A program made the position numbers and the translations under genes. Below the pieces are notes generated by a model, which was given only the letters and a program-made list of their open reading frames with translations, was not told the origin of the DNA and did not search any database. Source: Antedon mediterranea (Eukaryota; Animalia; Echinodermata). From it: a DNA stretch of 64,000 nt. Where the stretch lies: contig NC_092674.1 in the NCBI RefSeq assembly GCF_964355755.1, positions 15,500,001 through 15,564,000 of the forward strand, written 5' to 3'. Of this stretch, positions 25,792-39,380 are shown piece after piece (positions within the stretch are counted from its first letter, which is position 1; each line of letters starts with the position of its first letter).

Positions 25792-28700
25792 TTCAATTCA
25801 ATTCAATTGATTATTCCATAATCAAAATAAAAACATATACAAATACAATACAAATAATAAGATAATGGAATGGGATACAAAATAAGCACAAGTGCTTTAA
25901 GCATGTAACCCTAACAAAAAGATCAAACAATTAGTACAAACAAAAAGAACAAACCAAAATAACATAATGTGATTTACTTAACTTAAATATTTCTATTGTT
26001 ATAATATTGCTTTAATCTCTGTTTAAACAAACTTAAAGTGGGGGATTGTTTTATATAGTCTGTTAAATTGTTCCAAATATGTGTTCCTTGGTAGGAAATA
26101 CATTGCTGTCCGACTTTGGTGCGTTTTAGTTGTGGACAGTAGTTTGACCTGTTTCTAGTTGAGTAATTATGGAATGAGGCAGATGTACTAAATAAGTTAT
26201 TAAATGATTCAGGTAATAGATTATGTTTATATTGATACATAAATATAGCAGTGTGTTTCGTATAAAGGTCAAAAATATTTAATGTTTGGGTTGAAATAAA
26301 AAGTGGATGAGAAGGATGCATAAAATGAACATGACAAATATTTCTAAGTGCTTTTTTCTGGAGAATATGTATACGGTTTAAGTTTGTAGCAGAAGTAGCA
26401 GCCCATACTGTGATAGCATACGTTATTCTAGGTAATATAAGTGCATTGTATACCGTTAACAAGATTTTACTTGATAACATAGACTTCACTTTGTTTAAGA
26501 CACCAATTATTCTAGAAATACTGTTTGCTACCTCATTTACATGATAATTAAACGATAAAGTTTCATCCAGAAATAAGCCTAGAAATTTAACTTCAGTAGC
26601 TTTTACTATACATTCATTTCCCATCCTCAATTCTAGTGAGGTAGTGTCAGCTGACTTATTTCTAGCCTTAAATATAACATATTTTGATTTGTTTACATTT
26701 AGCGTTAATTTGTTAGCAATAAACCAGTCCGAAAGTATAGATAACTCCTGGTTCATTGTATCAAAAGCTTGAGTAATATCATTGTGACTATAAAACACAT
26801 TTGTGTCATCTGCATACATAATCATGTCTACATGGTTACATGCTAGACTAATATCATTAATGAATATAAGAAATAATAATGGACCCAATATGGATCCCTG
26901 AGGAACTCCAGTGTTTACTGTCATTTTACTAGATGCAGTATTAACAATAAATGTGTATTGTAGTCTTTTTTTAAGATAGTTTGAGAACCAGTTTAGCGGA
27001 ACTCCTCTTATACCATAAAATCTTAACTTATCTAATAATATATCATGATCGATTGTATCAAACGCTTTTGATAAATCAAGGAAAACTCCTAGTGTGAACT
27101 CTTTATTCTCAATAGCGTTTGTGATTTTTTCAATCGATTGTATTAAAGCATGACTAGTTGAATGGTGTTGTCTAAATCCATACTGTGTTTTACTCAGTAC
27201 GTTATATTTTGAGAGGTAACAAATCGTTTGATCATACACAATCCTCTCAAATATTTTGGAAAAAAAGGGTAAAATGGAAATAGGCCGATAATTATTTATA
27301 TCGGAGATGTCACCATTCTTAAATACCGGGATAACTTTAGCAATTTTTATATCAGCCGGGACACAGCCCGATGATAATGACGTATTAATAATATGCAATA
27401 AAGGTTTTAAAATAAACGGGGAAGCAGATTTTATGAGTTGGGCACTTATACCATCATGGCCAGGAGAAGTATTCTTTGTGTTTTTAATATAGTGGTTAAG
27501 TTCATGTTCAGTAACAGGCTTAAAAAACATTGAAGAGGTAAAATTTCCCTTTAAGAAAGTTCTGTGGGTGATTTCTTCATTTTGAGATTCATGCCTAAAT
27601 TTATTATTTAGTTTTTCTCCAATATTAATTAAAAAAGAGTTGAATGCATCAGCTTTCTCATCATTATCAGAGAAAGTCTCAGTACCCAATTTTATTTTTG
27701 TAGGCAAATTGGTAGTCTTTTTCCTACCCATTATATCATTTAGGATTGTCCACGTTTTTTTAATATCTTGTTTATTTCGTTCAAACTGGACCATATAATA
27801 TTCTTTTTTCCGATTTCTAATAGTAGTGGTTAACTTGTTTCTAAAATGTATGTACGTACTTTTATTAGTAGTGGTGTTATTTTGTTTGTACTTTTTATAT
27901 AATTTATGTTTTTGAGAGATAGCTCTGGCAATTTCAGCTGTGATCCAAGGAGATTTTAACTTGTTCGCCTTATTTCTAATTCGTTTTAAAGGGAAACAAT
28001 TATCAATTGTTTTATTTAAAGTGTTTGTAAAATTTTGATAAGCAACATTCGCATTATTTGAGAATAGCACATCATTCCACTGATTACTTTGTAATTCTTG
28101 CAAAAAATACTCCGTTTGTTGAGGAGAGTATTGTCGTTTATATACAAATCGAGGATATTGCTTATTATGTTTTTCCAAAGTATCTACACAGAATATTGGG
28201 AAGTGATCAGAAATATCAGTAATAAGTATTCCACTTTTAAGGGACGTAGTAAAAGAATCGATGTTGCAATAAATGTTATCAATTATTGAAGCACAATTAT
28301 CGGATATTCTAGTAGGACTTTTTATGATTGGCTGAAATGACTGAGAAAATATTGTGTCTAAGTGTGATTGGATAGTGTTGTCGGTAGATTGTTGGAGTAA
28401 GTTTATGTTATAGTCTCCCACAAGGTAAGCTTTCTTTTTTTCTAGATTAATCATTTGCATTACACATGTTAATTCATCATCAAACTTTTGCAAGGAACGT
28501 GAGGGTGGTCTATAAACTATACCACAAATAACATTATTTCCTGATTCTAACTCAATCTCAATAAAAATAGTCTCTGCTTCAGTCATACAAGATGACAGAT
28601 CATTTCTAATAATATATGTTAGTTTGTTGGTAACATAGAACGCTACCCCACCACCTCTCTTATCTTTCCTATCATTGTGAATCAAACTGTAGCCTGGTAA

Positions 28701-30079
28701 CTGGTATAGATTAATATTATCTTTTTCGGTTAACCAGGTTTCACTGAAGGCAATGACGGAGAAGGCATGTACGAGTGAGTCTAAATAGTTTGAGATTAAG
28801 TCAAACTTATTAACAACACTACGACAGTTTAGTCCAAATATAGAAAAGTTTGATGATAAATTAGAATGTTCAAGTGAAGAAATTAAGTTATCTTCGTTAA
28901 AATATTCTGTGCTCACATTTACATTATCAAAAAGGTCACATTCAAACATTTAAATTAGACAGAAAAGGAAATGACAAATGAATAAAATTGAGCAAGCTGC
29001 TTACAGCAGAGAATAGTTAACACTATATAGCCTAAGTTAACAAGTATGTACAATAAATTACAATATATACAATGTAATATGAATTGTTTTATCATGACAT
29101 ACCAACAACAACTAAACGACAGGCAGTGAAACAATAATGATGATCATGGACGCCAATTAAGTATTTGGTTAACTTAAAAGATTTTGATCAATCTAACTCA
29201 CCGATGTCCAGAATGTATTATTATGGCAAGTTATCGTTACTCACTGGTAAGTCAAACATCGCCGGTAAACAGCTACGTTGAAACGGTCTAGAACATGATG
29301 TCTCAATAACGGCGCTCACTTATTAATCACATCAGCCACTTAATGTTGTTATAATTTGTCATTATACATCACTAGTAAAGTACGGATAGTATAACTTAAA
29401 TACATTTAGTTGTGTTGTGTTTCATTAAAACGATGTGTTTAACGTTTACGAGTTTGATCAACCCAGTAACTCATCGATGAATTACCGGTAAACAACTACG
29501 TTGAAACTTACATCGTCAACAGCCACTTAATTGTTGTTGGTATTTCTCATTATGTAACACTATCGCCGTGGGTCACATGAATTAAAGTTTGAATGGACAG
29601 AGATATCCAGAACATAACACTAACAGCCAGGTGCGCGACATAAACAAACAAACTTCGTTTATTTACAATTTATAACGGTAGAAATACTACTACAATCACA
29701 TAATTAGTCTACGTTCTACAAGACAATGATAGACTCTGCGGTAATGTAGGTATGAAATATAATTCATAAACATTAATTAATTGTGTTCAATTGAACATTA
29801 ATTAATTTGGCTTAATGACTTAATTATAGTTATTTTAGTGGCTTGTATGGCTTACCGTCGATAAACAGTTGTCCATTTCTGAATACGGGCTTACGTTTTT
29901 CGGCATATGCCTGCGCCATAATTGTAGATAATTCTCTCTTTTTCTTCATGTCCGCGTCAGGTAAATCTTCAGTAATAAATACGTTTTGTGATTTACTTTT
30001 TAATTTTACTTTTCCTAGTTTTAGGACTTGGTTTCTTTGTGGACGGTACAGAAATTTAGCTATTATATGCCTCGGTTTG
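25792..30079 (-). mobile_element. Young 5'-truncated CR1/L2-group LINE (ORF1 C-terminus, ~880-bp spacer, intact ORF2, 3' UTR, (TTGAA)n tail)
   Basis: ORF1 remnant 30079-29830 KPRHIIAKF...VFITEDLP...LFIDGKPY*; intact ORF2; tail caattgaattgaattgaa; gaa microhomology at both junctions. Confidence 0.88.
25983..28949 (-). CDS. LINE ORF2: APE endonuclease + reverse transcriptase, 988 aa, uninterrupted
   Basis: NCRS, FSETWL, RGGGV, YRPP, GDYN, IDN, SDH (EN); YRPISIL, QYGFR, LDLSKAFD, GVPQGSILGPLLF, YADD, FLG (RT). Confidence 0.95.
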   Translation of the reverse strand: MFECDLFDNVNVSTEYFNEDNLISSLEHSNLSSNFSIFGLNCRSVVNKFDLISNYLDSLVHAFSVIAFSETWLTEKDNINLYQLPGYSLIHNDRKDKRGGGVAFYVTNKLTYIIRNDLSSCMTEAETIFIEIELESGNNVICGIVYRPPSRSLQKFDDELTCVMQMINLEKKKAYLVGDYNINLLQQSTDNTIQSHLDTIFSQSFQPIIKSPTRISDNCASIIDNIYCNIDSFTTSLKSGILITDISDHFPIFCVDTLEKHNKQYPRFVYKRQYSPQQTEYFLQELQSNQWNDVLFSNNANVAYQNFTNTLNKTIDNCFPLKRIRNKANKLKSPWITAEIARAISQKHKLYKKYKQNNTTTNKSTYIHFRNKLTTTIRNRKKEYYMVQFERNKQDIKKTWTILNDIMGRKKTTNLPTKIKLGTETFSDNDEKADAFNSFLINIGEKLNNKFRHESQNEEITHRTFLKGNFTSSMFFKPVTEHELNHYIKNTKNTSPGHDGISAQLIKSASPFILKPLLHIINTSLSSGCVPADIKIAKVIPVFKNGDISDINNYRPISILPFFSKIFERIVYDQTICYLSKYNVLSKTQYGFRQHHSTSHALIQSIEKITNAIENKEFTLGVFLDLSKAFDTIDHDILLDKLRFYGIRGVPLNWFSNYLKKRLQYTFIVNTASSKMTVNTGVPQGSILGPLLFLIFINDISLACNHVDMIMYADDTNVFYSHNDITQAFDTMNQELSILSDWFIANKLTLNVNKSKYVIFKARNKSADTTSLELRMGNECIVKATEVKFLGLFLDETLSFNYHVNEVANSISRIIGVLNKVKSMLSSKILLTVYNALILPRITYAITVWAATSATNLNRIHILQKKALRNICHVHFMHPSHPLFISTQTLNIFDLYTKHTAIFMYQYKHNLLPESFNNLFSTSASFHNYSTRNRSNYCPQLKRTKVGQQCISYQGTHIWNNLTDYIKQSPTLSLFKQRLKQYYNNRNI

Positions 30080-33000
30080 TTCCTTTACCAAATTTCAGTA
30101 AGAGTTGGACTCTTCTGTTAACTAGCGATGGAAGGTCTGACAATTTAAGAGCAGACTCGTAGGATACATAGTTCATGCCATAAATGATTCGTAGAGCTCT
30201 TTTTGAACTCTTTCTATTGACTTAGTTTGGTCTTTCGTAATTGAACTGTGCCACACAGGGCATGCATATTCAACTAAAGGACGTATATAGCAAGTATATA
30301 CTTGTAGTAAATCTTTAGAAGGCGCCTTGGCTTTCTTAAGTATAATCAAAGTGTACAAACGTCGACATGCTTTAGCAACGATATCATGAATATGCATCTC
30401 CCATTTAAGGTTATCCTGCAAGGTGACACCAAGCAGTTTAATGTGATTTACACATTTAAGATTATGGCCATTTAGATTGAAACTGGGAGGAGGACAGTCG
30501 GACTTTAGGAAGGAAATACGCATCACATTGCACTTGGATGGCTTGGGGAGGACTCTATTTATCAAACACCAATCATCAAGTTGATTTAAAGTGTCCTGCA
30601 ACAATTGGCTATCACTACTTCTAACTACTTCACTAAGAGTGAGGTCGTCCACATATTTCCACCGCCTGTCAGTTCCCTCAGCAACATCATTGACTAATAC
30701 CAAAAAGAGAAGGGGACCCAACTTCGTGCCCTAGGGCACCCCACAAGTAATATTAGAATTTGAAGAGGTGGCTCCCTTAACTTTGGTATTGCATGTGCGA
30801 TTTAAGAGGAAACTACAAACGGTAGGAAGAATGGACGGCCTCACTCCTATGGATATTAATTTATTTATGACAACATTATGATCCACACGATCGAAAGCCT
30901 TCGTAAAGTCTACAGCACATAAGTTTAAATATTTGCTACCCCCCTCCAGGTCAGATACAACAGAATTTATCAAGTCTACGAGGTAGTATGAAGTTGACGA
31001 GCCTCTACGACAACCAAATTGCTTACTATCTAAAGAATCTTTTATATCATTAGTTACCCACTCCGCTAAAAAGCTTTCAAATATCCGAGAAAAAATGGGT
31101 GTTAGGGATATAGGCCGAAGGTCATTACAATTATTAGCATCTGGAACCTTAGGAACTGGTATAATAGTAGCCTTTTTTCATTGTTCAGGAAAATTACCTT
31201 CATTTAAAGAAGAATTAAAAATGTCCGCTAATGGATAAGAGAGTTCAAATGAGAATTCCTTAATTAATCTGATCGGTAGATCTTCTGGGTGTCCTGCTTT
31301 TTGTATGTTTAACTTATCGATTGCAGATTTCACTTGTCCTGGGTAGATAACGGGTGGGGGTTCCGATGCTGGTAAGTAACTTGGTAGTTTTGTAATGTCA
31401 AGTGCTGAAAGTTCACTACAAATCGTGGCAAAATGTTGGTTAATTACTTCAACAGCCGCTTGCGTTGATAGACCAGGGATGTTAAACGTGTCTTTTTTCT
31501 TTAGATTGCAGAGATTCACAATTCCTTTGTGCCATCTAGCAGGGCCATTGCTTTTTAGACACTTTAATGAGGTCGCGTAAAACTTCTCCTTCGCGTGCGT
31601 AATTGCTCTTTGTATGGAGTTACGTATCCTTCGCCATTGTTGGGTATGGTTACTAGAAAAGGCCAACTGTCGTTCTACAATCAATCTCTTGATTCTCGGC
31701 GTCATCCACGGCTTATCGGTTTTCTTATGGCAAATCGATTTCACGGGGAAAAAATCTGCAAATTTCCCATTAAGCACAGTAAGAAATTCATTTGTTTTAA
31801 CACTTGTTGATTCGCTATCTACTGTATATGCAGTTCCTTTGTCATTGCGTACCGTGCCGTGTCCAAAAAAAAAAAAAACAAGACCAAACCGGCGACAAGC
31901 ACAAAAACGGCTAAATTATGAACGTACAAGCACAAAAATCCATCAAAATTCATCAAAATATCATCTAAACCAACAAGCAACACTTAGTAATCGCTAAATA
32001 AGACACATCAACAAGTTAAACAACGAAAATAAGGAAAATAGAGGTGTCTTGCAGATAGCTCAGCGACACACGTCTACACGCTACAACGTCAACCTACATT
32101 ATTGTATTGGTCTTCAAGTTAAATCATATTCTTTTAAAACCGTCATCTAAACCACACACAAATCCCACATTTTAAACGTTCTTAGTTTCTATAAATGTTT
32201 CCTAATGTGTACGGTGCAATCATCGGTCTGCTTTGAAAATGATTTAGATTTCGACCAATGACCAAACATATACAAATATGAAGTCATTTTATTATTTATT
32301 TATTTATTTGTTTCATATTCATATTATTACAAAATATAATACAAATAAGAAAAACATATCATAAAAATTAACCAATACAATTTAAAAGAAAACTAACAAA
32401 ACAAACAACCTAACAAAAAATCATCATTACATAAATGTAAAAGTAAACTGGGACAAAGTATCAACAAATGATATCGATAAATATTGTATGATTACTGACC
32501 AACTTCTGAGTAGATTTAATGTAAGTAGTGAAGGTTTTACTTGCTCTCATGACAAATGTTCGAATGAGGAGCATATCAATAAATAGATTAGCTGTACAAT
32601 GATTTTGTGCCTTCAACAAGCATTTGATATTGCCTTCAGTAACTCAAAAGGGGGAAAGAATAATATTAATGCCCATATCGTTCCTGGATGGAATGACCAT
32701 GTCTCGGATTTACACAGTATTGCTAGAGAAGCCTTCTTGTTTTGGAAAGAGAATGGTAAACCTAGAAATGATCCATTATATGAAGCAATGAAAACATCTC
32801 GCTCTAGATTCAAATTAGTTCTTAGAACTTGTAAAGCTAATGAAAATAAACTGAGAGCAGATTCTATGGCCCAATCGTTTACTCAAAATGATTATCAATC
32901 TTTCTGGAAACAGATTAAAAAATCTAAAACAACCTCTAACATACTTTCCAACTCAATTGATCAGGCTAAAGGTGAAGATGAAATTTGTGAACAATGGGCT

Positions 33001-33573
33001 AATCATTATGAATCATTATTTAATTGTATCTCTGATGTTTCCAATGAAAAGTTTGTTAATGATATGTTATATACACATGCATACGACTGTTTATGTACTA
33101 ATTCTTTGCAAGTTAATGATTTAATTAATCAACTCCCCATGGGTAAATCCTCTGGATTTGATGGTTTGACAGGCGAACACATTAGGTAGATTTTGTGACA
33201 AAAGAGATTTCTAAAGTTGTGCTCATACCAATTGTGAAATCTAAAACAGGGGACATTACAAGTAAAGACAACTACCGTCCTATTGCGCTTGCATGCGTGA
33301 TGTCTAAAGTGTTTGAGTCTGTTTTGATTTATATGTGTGATGATACACTCGAATCAAATGACTGGCAGTATGCGTTTAAAAATGGCCATTCAACTGAAAC
33401 ATGTATTTTTATTCTCAAACAGACAATCGAATTCTTTAATAGAAATGGTAGCCCGATTTATGCCTGTTTTTTAGATGCCTCCAAAGCATTTGATCGTATT
33501 AATCATTGGACACTGTACAAGAAACTGATTAATAGGGGAACCCCCTTATGTGTAGTTAGAGTTCTTGTATCTT

Positions 33574-33783
33574 ACGTTGCCTCTCTCCACCCAGGTGTAT
33601 AAATGGGTACCCAGTTAGATCTAGACACAACTTTGCGCTGGTTACCGGCTGCATTATGGGAGTATGTTTCCATACGTGTTTGATCCCAAAAAATACTGGG
33701 GTAATAATCCTTGTAAAGCGCCTTTGAGCATGATTACTCAAGAAAAGGGCGCTATATAAATGTGGTATTATTATTATTATTAT
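33574..33783 (+). mobile_element. 5'-truncated L2-type SINE
   Basis: ccacccaggtgtataaatgggtacc core, gtaaagcgcc...gcgctatataaat 3' end, (tta)n tail, TSD tatctt; interrupts the LINE RT frame (VLVS|WYT). Confidence 0.7.
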
Positions 33784-35334
33784 TATCTTGGTATACTAAC
33801 TAAAGGGTTCATGTTCGGTGGTGAAAGTCATTTTCTAGAGACATCCCAGTTACCAATGGTGTTAGACAAGGTGGAGTTATGTCTCCTTTACTTTTTAATA
33901 TTTATATTGATAATTTAATTGTCAATCTCAGTATGTCTCGCAATGGGATGCGAATTACACGGTATAAAACTAAACCTTAGTTACGCGGATGATATGGTAC
34001 TTATTGCACCATCTGCTTCCGCCTTACAACATCTAATTCATATGTGTGAAAAATACTCATTAACGCATGATATATTGTATAACAAGAACAAATATGTATG
34101 TATGTTATTCTGTCGTGCAGTCAGGAAATTGTCAAAGCTTCCCACTTTAAACTTAGTTGAGTCGGAACTTGCCTTTGTTAGAGTTTTTAATTACTTGGGT
34201 CACACTTTGACACCCAATTTAAAAGATGAAACGGATATCAAACGACAGTACAGGTCATTGTGCATTAGAGCTAATACACTATGTAGAACATTCTCAAAAT
34301 GCTCTAAAAACATAAATAGACCGGGCGCCCGGTAGATTTATTCATGTGAAAAGATACAAAAGGTTTGATGATGAAGTTAGGTGCGTATTAGGGCGAGATG
34401 CAATATTCGACATTGCTGCCGGGTCACAGCCTGTACATAGGGCCTGTGGGGATCATAACATAGGGGGGTAAAAATGCATTTATTTATGTGAAGCGATACA
34501 AGGATAAACTTTTTTGGATATCATTCGCAGTGGGCTACTAATGATTACATCACCAATGACAGCAACTTTATCCTGTACGGGGCGCCAAACAGCAACATTT
34601 TAGGGCCACGCCCAAATGGGTTTATTCATGTGAAGCGATACAAGGTTGAATCTTTTTTTAATGGCAGCAGTATATATTGGGGATGACAAAAACACCAATG
34701 ACAGCAACTTTATCCTGTACATAAGCTCAGACAGCAGCCCTAAAGGTCCGCAGTTTCCCCCTATTCGGCTATATACTCGGCGCGTATGTCGTCTAATGGC
34801 GTTCAGCTGAGATAGAAATACGTGATACGGACTCGGACTGACAATAAATACACAGTAGAATGCTAAAACAATAAATAAAGAGAGCAGTTGTTTCCTGTAC
34901 CAAATCATCAAACATCAAACTTGTAGGAACTCGCCCAAAATGGGTTTATCCATGAAGTGTGTAATCATTTTTTTTAAAAATGGGTTTTTTTTTCTCACTT
35001 TTTTGGTACACAGCAGCTCAAATACCCGAGGCTCCATTCGTGATCAACAATGTTGATAATACAAACACATTCACGATAACGAGTGACTTTTAGGCCTATT
35101 TTATAATTGAAATATATCTTTATTTTGGAATAATAAATAACACCAACAAAAACACTTAAAATAACCAAAAGCAGATTTGTATTTTAGGGTATCATTTTGA
35201 ACAATCAATATTATATCAAAATCATTATTTCACAACACAAAATAATATAATTTAAGAATATTTTTCAGATAAACTAATTAATAATTACACTCATAATGAT
35301 CGACACCGGTACCGATTATTGTGCATTATTATTA

Positions 35335-37354
35335 CTAGAGGGTGAGCTCGCTTCGCTCGCTCCCCCTCTAGGAAGTGTAGACGATGGTTTTCGGAATGAT
35401 AATGTTCTCCTTATACGTTTTCTGTCGGTTACCATTATTGAAAATGCTTGACATTCGTAAAACTAAACTACTTTGTTTCACAGTGTTTTAGATGATTAAT
35501 AACATTTTAAAGTACAGTTTTTATTGTTTGGTAGGGCCCTTTGGGGAGGCGGGGGTCATTTGAGGGAGGTGCTTATTCGAGGTATATGTTAAATTTTGTA
35601 GTTTTAAATGGTAACATTTATAATCAAATGAAATCCTCTAATAGATATGAAAAGTGCTAAAAAAGAATAACAAATGCTTGGTAAATTGTAGATAACAGTG
35701 CGGTGAATTCTACTACAAATAGTACCGTATAATTGTGTTGTTATAAATATGTGGATGGACGTTTATTAGATAGTTGGGTTGGGGGGGGGGGGGGGGTTTA
35801 TTATTCAAAGTGATGTTTTATTGGAGAGGCGTTTATTCAAATGAATACCATCCTAATAATAATTAATACATTATTTAATTTAATCATCTTTTGAAACTAA
35901 CTGCCGTGACAGAGTGGGCCCAAGAAAGAAGACATTATGGTACGGCTTGCAACATGGGCAGACATCTCGGTTCTAACGGGACACAGAAAGATAGCCTACA
36001 GTTATTCCTCCTGCAAGCTTACTCAATAAAACTCAGCTATCGGGATTTCACTCGAAAAATGTCTTATCATCAAATCTCCCTATGTAATTTTATAATACTA
36101 TATTCCCCACAATATATTCTGATTCTTTATGGCGTATATTTAATTTGATCTTTATTAATTTGCAGTATAATTCCTATTATTTAACTAGGGTATTGCTAAA
36201 CACCGCAAACCCCGCAAACCCCCGCAAACCTCCAAAAAAACATAGCAAACCCCACCGAACCAACATAAAAGTGATTGAATCATGTAGTGTACAACCCACT
36301 GGGTATATCAATGTAAAAAAAATATTAAATTTCTACTGTTAACAACTTATTTTTGGGGTAAAACATCATTTTTTGGTCAAATGTGATTGGTAAACCCCGC
36401 AAACCTCCAAAAAACCATAGCAAACCCCACCGAACCAACATAAAAGTGATTGAATAATGTAGTGTACGACCCACTGGGTATATAAATTATTAAATTTCTA
36501 CTGTTAACTATTTATTTTTGGGGATAAAACATCATTTTTTGGTTAAAAATTAGCAATCATTTTTGACCAAAAAATGATGTTTGACCCTAAAAATAATTAG
36601 TTAACAGTAAAAATGTATTATTTTTTTACATGGATATACCCAGTGGGTTGTACACTACATGATTCAATCACTTTAAAAATAATTAGTTAACAGTAAAAAT
36701 GTATTATTTTTTTTACATTGATATACCCAGTGGGTTGTACACTACATGATTCAATCACTTTTATGTTGGTTCGATGGGGTTTGCTATGTTTTTTGGAGGT
36801 TTGCGGGGGTTTGCGGTGTTTAGCAATACCCATTTAACTACTGTACCTTCACACACGCGCGGTATGTTTTAAAATAAACAAAAAACTGAAATGGCTATGA
36901 TTAATGGCCAACTTAAGCTCCAGTCCTTCTGATTTTTTTTTCGTCTTCCAAAGGGACACTGTATTGATTGATGGAAAGTGCCTGTTTCCAGTCACCTTTA
37001 GGGTCAAATCTATTATTTTAACTGCTCCCTTGTGTATAAAAGAGAGAAAATATTTGAAACCAGGTTGTTGCAAGGTGAACTTATCTTAAACCCGGAAATT
37101 ACTTTGACCGGGAAGAATTGAAATTGAGATGAAAATCTAATGTTGAAATCATAAATTGTGTTAAAAAACTCTTTATAATATCTTCCTAAGATAGAAATAT
37201 GGAACAATAGCGTCGCTGTGAACACTAATGTTATCAAATCTACGTTTCGCGGTACATCTCAGATAGATAAGGTAGGTATCCAAGGCGGAGATTTGTACCG
37301 AAGTTTTTGCATTGTGCTCGCCTATGTCAGAATTAACCATAATTTATATATAGA
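35335..37354 (-). mobile_element. Non-autonomous Helitron family B copy 1
   Basis: - strand TCtatatataaattatgg ... ctagagggggagcgagcgaagcgagctcaccctCTAG; inserted at A|T; the empty site is visible in the opposite TIR (~40455-40470). Confidence 0.88.
36188..36831. mobile_element. MULE/Foldback-like MITE
   Basis: TIRs gggtattgctaaacaccgcaaacc / ggtttgcggtgtttagcaataccc, perfect 9-bp TSD atttaacta; empty site in the Helitron B copy at ~61360-61370. Confidence 0.9.
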
Positions 37355-37649
37355 TAACTCTATTTAAATATTGTTTTAATTACACACTAGACACTAGTGA
37401 TATGTCTATATGAAAAAAGGCAATGAAATCTAAATTTGCAACATTTTTTACATAACATAACATAATAGTAAAGTAAATAATAGTTCGAATTTAACATAAT
37501 CACTTAGAGAATTGGTAAGGTATAGATTAGACTATCGATTGCACACTATTACTGTATTTTTAATTCAATTTAAATAAAAAAAGTAACCGTTTTCATGTGA
37601 ATTAGACTGATAAAAACCAACAAATAACTTAATCTGCCAACATTTTAAA

Positions 37650-38455
37650 CATCGTTACTTGTCCATAATGGATCGACTACTGTATCGATTACTGCACATT
37701 GTTTTACTTTAACTGAAACAAAGTCAAATTTTTAATTGTTACTGTACTAATATTAGACAGTGATATCTGATAAAAGGCAACATTAATTAATATTAATAAT
37801 ACTGAACCAAATTAAATATCGTTACTTATCCACAATGGATCGACTAACTGTATTGGTTATTGCACATTATTTACTAACTAACATAAGAAAGTGATATCTG
37901 ATAAAACGCAACAAACTGAATCGAATTAAATATCGTTACTTATCCATAATGGATCGACTACTGTATTGATTACTGCACATTATTTTACTATAACTGCCCA
38001 AGTCAAATTTAAAATTGTTACTGTACTAACATTAGACAGTGATATCTGATAAAATGCAACATACTCAGGACCAAATTAAATATCGTTACTTATCCATAAT
38101 GGATCGACTACTGTATCGATTATTGCACATTATTTAACTATAACTGCCCAAGTCAATTTTAAAATTGTTACTGCACTAACATTATACAGTGATATCTGAT
38201 AAAATGCAACATACTCAGGGCCAAATTAAATATCGTTACTTATCCATAATGGATCGACTACTGTATCGATTATTGCACATTATTTTACTATAACTGTCAA
38301 AGTCAAATTTAAAATTGTTACTGTACTAACATTATACAGTGATATCTGATAAAAGGCAACATTAATAATACTGGACAAAATTAAATATCGTTACTTATCC
38401 ACAATGGATCGACTACTGTATTGATTATTGCACATTATTTTTCTCTAACTGAACC
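37650..38455. repeat. ~120-bp tandem subrepeats in the left Academ arm (mirrored at ~39630-40190)
   Basis: Recurrent atcgttacttatccataatggatcgactactgtat; reverse complement copies in the right arm. Confidence 0.85.
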
Positions 38456-38869
38456 CAGGTCGAATATTTTACATGCAGTGTAACTACCGACACACTGTAA
38501 AAGCACAATTGAGCAAAGACATCGAGGTTACTGGCTGTGTGCATTAAATAACTGAATATTGTACATTCATCATATTCCATTGTTACTAGCTAAAAAGAAT
38601 ACACGATATAATAAAACCAATAGGGGCTATTGTATTTCTTTTTACATGATTTGTGACAGCGTCATTTATAAATTTGATTATATCACACTGTAATGATACT
38701 GGATTCTGCTTGCAAACTATCTATGGATCAAATAATTCAGTATTTACATTTGATATATTATACAATATTTACTTCAAAACTGTCAAATGTTTTATGTAAA
38801 CGATTAAAAACTATTAAATCAGCCGTAATGCATAATCTTTTTAGTTTATCTATTCGTCATCATCACAGT

Positions 38870-39380
38870 CACTTTCACTGTCATCACTCCAAGGTTGGTC
38901 ATCATCGATTTCAGCTTCAAAATCTATTATTTCAAGTTCTTCATCATCAGTTTGTTCCAATATTCCTGCATCAGTATCGTCAAGAACTTTGTTCCGAGTG
39001 TGGATCACTAGTCAACGGATCTGGTAGAGCATTTCCATCAAACCTTCGGTACATACCTTCCATCACCATTATCAACCCATCCATATTTTAATGGGCGTAG
39101 GTTTTGTGTTGGCTGAGGAGTATGAGCGTGTCTCCACATAGATACATAATTTGCCCTCAACAGATGCTGAGTGATTGTGATTTCACATGGTGGCAATGAC
39201 GAACAGTTGATCTTCTTGACTTTCTTCTTTCCAGTTGTCATTTTGCGAAACGATTGGTACCTGGCCTCATTAATACTGTTCATGCTTTTAAACCCATATA
39301 TCTTGCATACATAGGCAGTGACTGCGGGTTTGTCCATCCTGTCACCACAAAGCGATCGCAATGACTTGCCTTTGCGGTAA
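38870..39380 (-). pseudogene. Academ-like transposase C-terminal remnant
   Basis: VCKIYG...INEARY..F...LPPCEITITQHLLRANYVSMW...PLKYGW followed by an acidic tail; motif recognised from memory as typical of Academ-family proteins. Confidence 0.6.

Larger units (their letters stand above)
25562..32090 (-). mobile_element. Degenerate CR1-group LINE (host), in two parts 30080-~32090 and ~25562-25791, split by a younger LINE
   Basis: RT motifs VDFTKAFDRVDH, GVP*GTKLGPLLF, KYVDD, YIRPLVEYACPVW with in-frame stops; frame ...LLKFGKG (30080) resumes as IIKSDTFRSILPP...RFRSSPVPFL at 25791; (tta)n tail ~25565; endonuclease apparently deleted. Confidence 0.8.

Noticed and set aside
37650-38455. Conserved ~35-bp motif at ~120-bp spacing, CRISPR-like
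   Set aside because: The intervening sequences are homologous to each other and the array is mirrored in the other TIR.
38693-39091. 132-aa His-rich ORF on +
   Set aside because: Antisense shadow of the acidic tail of the transposase remnant.
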